DNA of 64,000 nucleotides, taken from positions 22,872,950 through 22,936,949 of the forward strand of contig NC_134029.1 in NCBI RefSeq assembly GCF_964204645.1, in the 5' to 3' direction. Positions within the stretch are counted from its first letter, which is position 1, and each line of letters starts with the position of its first letter. The DNA comes from Tubulanus polymorphus (Eukaryota > Animalia > Nemertea). A program made the translations under genes and the position numbers. The notes beneath the pieces were generated by a model that had not been told where the DNA came from, made no database searches, and saw only the letters and a program-made list of their open reading frames with translations. Below, in pieces: positions 53,591 to 64,000 of this stretch.

Positions 53591-53731
53591 CTGAAATTTG
53601 GTGTTGAGTATGCAAAATACCCTGCAAAAACGTTTTATTTTCACAAACAGCGCCGGGTGATTCCATACTGAGCAGGGCTTCCGCCGCTTGCATTTGTCGA
53701 CCATGTTTCGTTTGAGTTTCACAAGTTTCAA
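53591..53731 (-). CDS. Elf/E74 exon 2 (xETCETQTKHGRQMQAAEALLSMESPGAVCENKTFLQGILHTQHQIS)
   Basis: AAEALL-x-M-E/D-SP motif of the vertebrate ELF1/2/4 N-terminal region; tttgcag acceptor, CAG|gtatga donor, phase 1 to 1. Confidence 0.88.
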
Positions 53732-54923
53732 CTGCAAAAACAACAACAACAAAATACAATATTATCAATATTCATATGAATGTTAGTTTTCGGTTTTTTT
53801 TAACGTATTTTGTATCTTAATACAACATTGAAACATCGTTTAGTTCTCTGTCAATGTCATTTGTCTTGTCCCTTCTGTTTTCATTGTCAACACTTAGTTT
53901 AAATTTATGATTACATATTTTATTCGCAAATATCTTCTATTCCTATGTTATCCATTATAAATGTATGTCCACTTTTGTACTGTTTTTCCTGTGTTTTGAT
54001 GTTAATATTTTATTGCATGTCATTTCCTATGTAACTTGTATATTATACGGAGCAATAAAATTAAAGTTCAAGTTCATATAAATCCGAAACATATATTGAT
54101 AAACAAATTATCAATATTATCGAAAGAAGGATTTTTGAAAAACTGAAAGGTTCTTAAAGTTCTACGGAAGATTTTTCCAATTCGCGATGTTTTGCGAGTC
54201 TAGAAACAACTGGATTCTACTATTAGAATATTGAAGTTAGCCAGCACCTGGATTATAAAAAAAACAAAACCCCTTAAGAACTGAAAGCATTTACAGAAGT
54301 TTTTTTTTTACAGCTGTATCTTACAACAACAGCTCGTAGCGCGTGAGTCGAGGGACTACGTATCGCAATCCAACCGGGAATTCAGAATCACAACCATTTG
54401 CGGTTACGTTCCACTTTTCCGGCGCGATACATAACTCACGGTTGAGTAAACAAGACAGAACTAAAACAGACCCGGCCGTTACTTCTTTCTAAGTACATAA
54501 TACTTTTAATACCACCTGTAAAAAAAAAAACCTCTATCGTTACGCAATGATTCAGAAAAATAGGGGGAAACATTTTCTATTCGTTGTCGAGAAAGTTGGT
54601 TCAAAAACACCAAGAAAAGCGTGGAATTAACCTTAATTTCATATATTTGTCTAGAAAAATCTCAGCCTCAGATGAGCACTGGTATTAAAATCATGGATTT
54701 CGTGTCTTCGTGTAATAATGATTGTAGATGTTGTATGATCGAATACACAACGTATCGTCATCCATTTTCTGAAAATATCTCGTATAATATTTCCGTAGTT
54801 TCGGCGACTGAAAATCATAATAAAAGACGCCGGATGAAAACAGGAAGTTTAGAGCGAGGATGCGTGTGTAAATGATAACCCATCGACGCCACGTGGTTCC
54901 GCCGGTACTAGAATAGAAACTAC

Positions 54924-54990
54924 CTCTCTCTCTCTCACTCTCCTCTCTCCCCGCTCTCTCCTCTCTCCCCGCTCTCTCCTCTCTCCCCGC
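54924..54990. repeat. CT/GA-rich tract with an 18-bp unit (ctctctcctctctccccg) x3
   Basis: Seen directly in the sequence. Confidence 0.85.
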
Positions 54991-55540
54991 TAGCTCCGGG
55001 TAGGGATGACTGAAAAAACAGAGTGACGTTTCACGCGGAAGTCTGACAAACATTAACACTACGAAACAGCTTCACTACATTCACTACTGAAACTGAGATA
55101 AATAAATTCTCTCTGGTTTCAGCGGCTGCTATAACTGCTGTAGCTGCTGCCGCTTCATAGTAAAAGTTGTAATCGTAAAGAAGAGAAAAAATGTTCCGGG
55201 GCATCACATCCGCGTTAGTAATGCGAACCGTAACTAAAATACGTCCCATTTAAGGGGTAGACTAGTACTAAAGCTCGAACTCGACGATCCGGTTTTAAAA
55301 ATTTATGAAAAACGCCGAGGAGCAATATTTGTTTATGTTTACAGCAAAGATGTTGTTTTCGTCGGGGAGGGAGGGGGAACCCGAGAGATAATATATAGAG
55401 AATGATGTGGAAATAAAACAATAAGCCGAGATACGTAGAAAGAATGAGGGTAGGAGAAAGAATGCACGGCGCGTAAAAACCGAGCACGATACAATACAGG
55501 TCATATAGTTCGAAATACGTTCATTTCTGAATTCATAAAC

Positions 55541-55946
55541 GCGTTAATTGACTTAAATCCCCGATGGAGATATTCATTTACACAGTCATGACATTTACGT
55601 AAGTCACGTCGATTTACGTAATAAAGATTTTTCACTTTTCTTTTACAGATCGGTCATTCCTGGATATCGGGGAAAAAAATTCAAATTTCGACGAAGCGCC
55701 CGCATCACTTTTGTACCCCAAATACTCACACAGTAGACTCCACCTAAATCAGTACGGTTCATCTCAATAAACCACTAATTTAGTGGTTTTATACATCTAC
55801 GGTAACTTCTATATATCTAAACTCACTCGAAGGCGTAAATTGACATGAATATCCAATCCCTCACGGATGTAATTATTTACACGGTCACAGCACTCACCGC
55901 ACTTGTAAGTCGCGTGCGTGCATTTACGTAATGAAGATTTTTCACT
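55541..55946. repeat. Diverged about 100-bp duplication (55541-55636 versus 55833-55946)
   Basis: Shared gcgtWaattgac, atttacac, gtaagtcRcgt and atttacgtaatRaagatttttcact. Confidence 0.7.
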
Positions 55947-57827
55947 GATGATTTTCAAAGGCGTAAAGTTTCTGCATTCTACAGAAACGTGCGATATAAA
56001 TACAGTTGAAAATCGATGTCGGCTTCAAACAGTTTTATCAGTTGACATCGATCTGTGAATTAATGTAATAACAGCTTCCAACAAAACTACTCACAAACCA
56101 CATCATAAACTGAAACATCTTTCACTCTTTACGCGCCGTGTATATTTCAATTTAAACAATGGAAATAAAATAACCGGCACTGTTACTGTGGCAAGCGAGG
56201 ATCCCGCAAGGATCTGCTGAAGATTCCTAGGTTAAATTTGAATGGACTTTTTCGTTCCAATTAGTAAATCAATTTCCGATGAAATCTAAACCATACGGCG
56301 AGTACGAAAGAGAATCTTATATTCATTTGTTTGATAATATTCAGATTTGCCTAAAAATCCAAATCTATTATTCAATGACGATCTTTGTTATAATGTTTCT
56401 AATATAGTACGTATGCAATATCTAACTTTAGTTAAAGTCAAGCAGCACAGACACGTCGAAGTCAGGGTATAACTGATAAAACTCTCGCACTGATCACTTA
56501 CTTTTATTAACGATATCGATCTCTCCGGGAAACGGACGTTTTCGTAACGAACTCGAGACTGAAAAGATAAAATAAATTCGTGAAAATTAAATCAAATTAT
56601 TGCGAACGTACTTATGTACGGTCGGTCGCGCCCCGCGATTCATAGAGGCATAAATAAATATATAATGTATGCATAGTTTTCTTCTCTCAACAGATTCTTT
56701 AGTACGAGCACCCGGGAAAAAAACCAGGTTACCGCAGCCGGTAGCTGGCAGAGTTACCTGGCATCCCGGAAGAGATAGTAACAGCAGACAGTATAGGGGT
56801 ACCCCATCTCAACTGGCAGTAGGCCAATTATAGTAACCGTTCTCTCAACAGCCGGCTCCGCGAGTAATGTTACCAATACTACGGTATGATCTAATAATAC
56901 ATATCATACCCCCTACCCCTTTTACCCCCCACCCCCCGGAATGATTGAAAAAAAGGGAAAATTTCTGCCATGACCATCAACCCTGATCAAAGCAGAAAAT
57001 TTCAATTCTCATCACAATCAGGATTTTTTTTTAGAAGAATTACTACTATTAAGGTTTGTATCAGTGAAGGATAACTTCTTAGCACTTCTTTCAAGTCAAC
57101 TTTTTTTAAAATCCAAAAGACAAGTTCCAGGCATAATTTTATGAATTTGCTTATCTAACACACAATAAACCGTGATTAATATTTGGCTACTCATTTCCTG
57201 CGTTGACAATGAGTACAAAAAGTTCTTTCAGAATCTTATCTATAAAGCAAGCACTAGTCAGAGGACCTATCCTAATTTTTTTCCCAAAATCGAGCGCCTT
57301 TTCAGACTTTGCAAGTATGGTAACAAATACTGAAAAAAAAAACGCCCGCCCACAAAAAACCGCAAACAGAAAACAAACAAACTAACAATAAGTGGGGCCA
57401 TTCGGAAATGAAGTTCCTGTTCGTTGAAACAAATTTCAAAGGTCACGTTATCTGGGCCAATAAACAGCTAATAATCCTATGATCTGATACTACTGAATTC
57501 GTTAATAAGTTTCCCTTAATGTCACAAGTTGCATAATGACCAACCTACGCTGCGCCGGCATAAAATATATACATTAATTTCTCTTTCTCTCATTCGGAAA
57601 TAGGTTGACAGCTCGATGACCTAATAAAATTAATTATGACCTTCCCGTAATAGTTATAGTTTAAAGAATCTCGTGGAGAAAAAAAAAATAGAACGACGAG
57701 GGTCGTCAATAATTGATGCAGATTTCATAATCAGACAGGAAACCGTAATATAAATAATATTGCAATTACTGACATCAACGAACCCTTCCTATCATCGCTT
57801 CGATATATTTTCACCACTTCATATGGA

Positions 57828-57860
<33 letters not shown>

Positions 57861-57873
57861 TAATAATAATAAT
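57828..57873. repeat. (AAT)n microsatellite
   Basis: About 15 units with one interruption. Confidence 0.9.
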
Positions 57874-60117
57874 CACTTTAGCCCAAAAAATTAATACAAG
57901 CATTTTAAAATCTGAAAATTTTAAAATCTGCTCATTAATCAGTGAAAACTACAATCATACTACATTCAAAATATTAATTCCATTTTATAGAATTTAAAGA
58001 CTGATCCTGAATTGTCAGTTGAGTTTGAATAGAAATTTGTCCTGAATTGCCTGTCAATCAGTGTTGGGTCTAGCTGAACTAGTGATGACCACAGATAAAA
58101 GCGCGTGGACCCGCACCATTGATTTGGTATTTTCTGATTTGATTTGTTGGCGTGAACACAGCTATAAATGTGTAGAAATCTTTAACCTATATTCTATTGC
58201 TATTATGTTTTTGGGCCTATTATTATTCAGTACACAACTGATCGCTATGTCAAACATTCTCAATAGCTCTTCACCGGTATTTTATCTGCAACGTAACCCA
58301 ACTTTCATGAGAGATTTCTCGAACCAGGAAATCAAATAAAACCAATGTTTGCAAACTGACACTCACAGGTAATAAGGGTTTAGTACTGTGCCCTTTAAAA
58401 ACTGCTATTAATAAACTAAAAAAGACAATTATATCGTATTTTAAATTGTTTAAGATAACGAACGCAGCCTTTGACCGATATCTGTCATGAATACCTGGAA
58501 AGTCTACTTGAAGAATACCGTTTTTAAAAATGAAGTCCCGATATCAGTGCATACAACACGAGAACAGACACGCCAATAAACTGTCATTCGCCGATTAGAG
58601 TCCGCCGTCAAAAACCGGAGCAACTCATCGCAAAATATACCAACTTCAATCTAATAAATAAACCCTGGGGATGTTTTTAAAGGATAAACCTCAAAAACAG
58701 CCGCATTTTTCCGGCGCGTACAAACTGAAAACACGTGCCGTAAAAATGTCAGAACTTTCAACAAACTCGGCACATGTAATAATACTACTATACAATCTAC
58801 TACAACACAACCGACCGACCGACCGAACCGTGCTGCTGCTGCTGCTGCTGCTGATACGTAAAATATTTTTCTACTACATTTTTATTTACTTCGCCTCCGT
58901 TCAGCAGTTATCTTACATTTCTAACCGGCAGAAAACCTCGTCAGAATCTTTCCCCCTCCCCCCCGAATCATGAACTAATGGCAATCGCCGAAAAAATTCG
59001 TACCAAACCAAAACATCTCGTGAATATTAAGTTAATAAGAGGAATATATGGAAACCACTCTATCGATCCATGGACTCTAAAACGATTCCTTTTAGAGTCC
59101 ATGATCGATCGGGGGCACGAACTACTCAGACGGACAGTGACAATAATTCTAATGGAAACCGCTTTTCATCGGAGAAACACGAAGAATTATTCGCATTGTG
59201 TCGGAAAATGAGATACATTATCACTCGACGTACGAGTGCGAAACATAACAATTTCAAAAAAGATCAAAAATTCCTTCCGGGGGTGATCGCAATTTCGAAT
59301 GAGATCGCTCGCGTTACACACGTCAGACACGCTTTCCGTTTACATAATAATCAACATAAATAAACGGCAACAATGGAGATGAGGACGTCACAACGCCATG
59401 GTTACGACGTATACACAAATTCTAGCGGGACGACGACGCAGTTCGGGCATGCGCCGACATCGTGATGTCATACCGATCCGTACCGCGAAAACTCCGCATT
59501 CCAGCGACTCGAAAAAATGTCTCGAACAATGCGAACTGACGACAATCAACCCGGAATGGAGAAACATAATCAAATCAATCGACAATATATATATATACTA
59601 AAAACAAATCACAAACCGGTTTGAATCCAACGACACTAACAGCGATAAAAACTAGAACAGCCCCTGAGTGGAATTTTTTGTGAAATGCGGTAGATAATAA
59701 TTTACTGTGAATCATACGCGAATTTATAAAGCCATTAATTTCAATACGAGCGAACAACGACAAGACGAGACTCATCAATTCTAACACTACCGATAACCGA
59801 TCTATTTAACAACGTTCCAAACCAGCGCAATCCGCTGCTCAATAATCTCCAAACCGCACAAAACAGAGAAAACCGTCTCTCAATTAATAAAGAGATTTGA
59901 CATGCAATCCTACAGTTCAACGACAATCATCACGAAAAACTAACATTCAGTTTTTCTTGATAGCATTTCAACTCAAACTTTTAAATACCCAAGCCCGGTC
60001 CTACAGTGAGTACTATGCAATCGTCTTCAAAAACTTGTGTCAAATTTATCCTTTAGAAAAAAGACCTCATTTCGCCTAGAATTTGGAGAAAACCCCACCA
60101 AAAAATGCATTACTTAC

Positions 60118-60598
60118 AATATCTCTTGAGAATATTCTTTTTGAATGCGGATGAGTTCGTATTGAAACTCGGCGAGGGCGGCGTCGGACTGCGTCGTTCC
60201 TCTTTCACTCGTACCTCGCTGTCCTCATTCAGCTGCTGTACCCTGCTGCTACGCCGCGCCGATTCGTGGTACAGCTGTTGTTGGCGTCGCCGTTCGAACA
60301 ATAACTGACCGATCGTGCGAGCGTTCTGATATTGATAGTGATTATAGAGCTGCGAGTGAAGGAAATGAGGATGAGGGTACGGTATCCTCGCGGCGGACGC
60401 CGGTCTGTGAGGACGGAACGCGGCGACCGCGGGTGTCTTCGGCAACGATAAATCTAACACAGTCTGGTGACGATGATGAACCGTCTGCTGCTGTTGTTGC
60501 TGATGATGAAACTGATGATGATGAGAATGATGATAATAATAAGACGACGGATAGTACCAATCCTGAGGCATATACGGATGCGGGAATGTAAACAGCAT
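60118..60598 (-). CDS. Elf/E74 first coding exon (His/Gln/Tyr-rich; VLDLS motif; ends FKKNILKRY)
   Basis: 160-codon ORF with transcription-factor-like composition, a strong T|gtaagt phase-1 donor compatible with exon 53591-53731, and a TATA box about 185 bp upstream of the ATG. Confidence 0.78.
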
Positions 60599-60742
60599 CT
60601 CGGCGATTAAAAACGAATTTATAATTCCAGTTTCAATAATAATCCGTTAAACGAGAGATCGACGATCAACTGACATCGACAACGTCCGAATTCAGTAAAA
60701 CGAGGTCGTTAAGCACACGTCGCGCTACGATGATCCATCGAG

Positions 60743-60862
60743 GTGTGATTAGAGCGTTGACTGTCGCCCGACGACGTTTTATATAATGAGGAAGTAAATC
60801 ACCGGCACGATGTCGACTACCACGCATACCACACAACAACTCCGATCGGCAAGCCAGGAAGT
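60743..60862 (-). promoter_or_regulatory. Core promoter of the Elf first exon: TATAAAA (60783-60777), initiator-like TCACAC about 35 nt downstream, and two AGGAAGT ETS sites
   Basis: + strand ttttata at 60777-60783; aatgAGGAAGT at 60785-60795; aagccAGGAAGT at 60851-60862; a CCAAT box lies further up at 61023. Confidence 0.6.
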
Positions 60863-61690
60863 AACGAACAGCACGCCAGTTAAGTCACATGACCCGAGAG
60901 AGAGACTCGGATTTAGGTCGATCACTGGCTGCGCGCGTACCGCGGTAGTGGCACATGTTGTGTGTGTGTGAATGTGAGGTATTTCCCGACGCCGTTGTTT
61001 ACGCTCGTTTCATCGAACGCAGCCAATCAGAACGCTCGATCGTCGAATACACCTCGACATCAATAGATTGATAAAAGTCGTCAAACGAAGAATAGACGAT
61101 AAATTATTTCGTATCGCGATTAAAAGAATTTGTTAATCATAAAATACTAATACAGAACGAAAGACATGAATTGTTGCCCGACGTTCTGGAGGAGTATTTA
61201 AGATTAAGAAGCGTCTGCTGCATTTGTTAAATCCGTTCTGACTTCGTATCGGGTTTTAACCATCCCCTAAACACGTCTCATCCAACCGGAGACACCCGTC
61301 ATCGCAGCTCGGGTTCACCTGTCCTCGGGATCAGCTGCGCCGACGAACACACGTGGGACGCGACCAGACAAGAAAGATACATAATAAACAATAACATCGC
61401 AGAAAAGCAAACAGTTTGTCCTAGACACAACCGTAAGACGGCTAAACTAGCTAAATCAGGGACAGTGTGTTCGCAAACAGATCAGATTCTACTCGTCTTA
61501 GAGACACCGGCGGGAGATGTTTGGGCTGACGATGCTGCGTGGGAGACGCGCGGTTGATTCAGTGTTTATAAACACAGCGTACCGAACAGCGCACACATTA
61601 CCCGCAATGTATCGATTACGACGCAGCGCGGTGGAATGAAATCGAGTCAATGTCAATGCCGAAATTTCACCATTCATTTTTAACTGCCGC

Positions 61691-61784
61691 ATTGCGTAAT
61701 CTAAATTCTCAAATATCAGACAAATTCGACTGACAATATTGCGTAATCTAAATTCTCAAATATCAGACAAATTCGACTGACAAT
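61691..61784. repeat. Perfect 47-bp tandem duplication
   Basis: attgcgtaatctaaattctcaaatatcagacaaattcgactgacaat x2. Confidence 0.95.
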
Positions 61785-64000
61785 ATCTGAATAACGGGTT
61801 GAACGCATTTAACTCATGAATTTTCATGAGTATAAAATTCTTAGCAGCCAAAAAAGTCGATTAAGTCCTCACATTACTGAAATTGTCACTATTCATATTT
61901 CCAAATCGGCTCATTACCGTAAGATCATTATTTGGTTCGGTCATCGGCGAAATGATTGTCGCAGATCAGGACAGATTCTTCTACCATAAACTAAGACAGC
62001 CATAAATTGAGTTGTGTACAATTGTGTCTGAATTATTTTTGAATGCCAATGACCACTGAATGGCTGACAACACGACACACTTCAGTTTCAACACAGACTC
62101 AAATCATTTCATGAAATCCACCCAACTACAAGCGTATCAATATTTCGAAGCAGGTGCTATTGTTCAGGTACCATGGATACAAAAGACAAAAAGGGCGGAA
62201 GGCTTCCCAAGCATTCAAATCTAACCGACGATCATTTTGTAACAATGTATTCGCGAGCCTCATTCATTGGTTCCCAGAGATACTCGAAACATTCGAAATT
62301 ACTCGCCACAAAAGGTGGAACGCCTTAACGATTTAAAATAATAGACCAAAGGAAAGGAAATCACGAGAATGTAAGTCACCAGGATAGAACCTCCTTGTTC
62401 TCGGTAACACGCCGAACATGTGCCATTTAAAAATATTCATAGTAACACCGCGGATGATACTTAAACATCATATAATAATAGAGATGTTGGTTTAAGGTGT
62501 TTCCTCAATTGGCGCTCATAACTGATAAACATTAAAAAAAGACACCTTTCAATCGCCGAACGAAATCGATAACAAAATGTCAAAGTTCCGCGAATTCCTC
62601 TGAAGTCAAAAGAAAAAAGCCCGCACGCGCACCGCACTCCCTAAATATCGATACCGATGATTTGTTTTATCACCTAGGGGATACAACAATGCGTCGTCGC
62701 GTCCATAACTCGGGTAAATACGAAAATACGACTGATTTATTTCACAATTCATCGAACGAGATCAAATATTTCCTGTTTCTCAATAACTCCGACAACGTCA
62801 GTCGTTCTTTTATACGAATAAATCCGGAATGTCGGCTTTTAAAATATCTCGATTTCGTTCGGAAAAACTTTTCTTCAGCGCCATTCATAATATAATTACT
62901 TCATTCGATATATACGTATATATATATATATACATATTGTACTTTGAAAGAACTAAAGCTGGTTTCGTAGGAAAGTTACTATTTACAATATCGACCTCGG
63001 CGATGGAAGAATGTCAATTCACGAAACTCGTTTATAGTTGACAATAATAAACCGGGTGTCTATTGATGTCGCGCTCTGTTGATGACGTACACACGCGACT
63101 ATATTTCACATCACTTTCCTCCCGATATAGACGACTATGACGTAGAACGAGATGCCTGAAGACAAGGCGAAAAATTCCAAATATTCCGACGGAATTTTAT
63201 CGAGAGAAAAAAAAAAGGGCGCCCGAATACAGATTCCGCGAAAGCCTCGTCGACGGAGGCCGCAAAAATGATCTAACGCTCGTTTTGAAATGAAAATAAT
63301 TAAAGTGAAATAAAAAGCTTCTTTTACGTCAACCGCCGGGGCAAAGGGGGCTGTATATCTGTTAACAGATATATAATTATACAGTCAGTCCCCAGTAAAG
63401 TCATTTTTAATAAATGATTTTACTGAACTCAAGTCTAAAGAAGGTGAGGGTTCTGATCAGTACCAGATCAGACAATGAGGCCGTCTGCCAATAGGCCTAT
63501 GGCCTTCTTTGATGGTAAATAATGATATGATATGATATATCAGGCCGAGCCCAACAATTCACGCGGATCTTAACTGGATACGTTCATGTTACATATATGG
63601 ACAAAATTTGGCAAAACCAAAAATATCACTTGTCACAGAATCGCTGAGTGAGCGGTGTCAGTGAATGTCTCTTATTAGACACAGACCAAATTTGGGTTCG
63701 GACCGGGCAAAATCATCTCAGTCAGATTACCGCCTATAGTTTAACATTTGACTCTGACAATGCTCAAATTCTCAAAACACGTCAAAGCAGAATTACTTAA
63801 AGAGGACAATGTGAAGATGATAGTGAGGAGACAAACATGATAAGGATATGGTTATATCAGGGAAAAACTTCACGTAAAATAGCAGGCATAATCACTTTTA
63901 GTTAAATAGCTAAGAACAACTGATTTGTTCCCACAAACAGAAGATGGACAGGAAAAAATCTACGAACTAGTAATTCGCGTAGTTACATGTGATAATATCG

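Overview
AT-rich but largely CpG-undepleted eukaryotic DNA from an invertebrate animal (spliceosomal GT-AG introns, many about 80-120 nt; a spiralian origin is only a guess). I reconstructed three protein-coding loci by hand from splice sites and reading-frame phase. (1) A complete 10-exon SUGT1/Sgt1 co-chaperone gene on + (CDS 36066-40406, 1008 nt, 335 aa; TPR, CS and SGS domains). (2) A complete 7-exon Elf/E74-class ETS transcription factor on - (CDS 60598 down to 45876, 1224 nt, 407 aa), convergent with SUGT1 and preceded by a TATA promoter with ETS sites. (3) One N-terminal exon of a Cys-loop GABA/glycine-receptor-like channel on - (389-519) that runs off the left edge. The stretch from about 5 to 35 kb has no recognisable coding sequence but carries MITE-like palindromes, microsatellites, local duplications and orphan promoter-like motif clusters. 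The most notable observations are a Penelope-like insertion with a perfect 81-bp hairpin and a minimal hammerhead ribozyme between the two convergent 3' ends, a possibly ancient SUGT1-ELF gene linkage, a candidate tail-anchor alternative last exon of SUGT1, and an Elf protein combining vertebrate-ELF and insect-E74 motifs. No prokaryotic features or CRISPR arrays are present, and most ORF-track entries are spurious.
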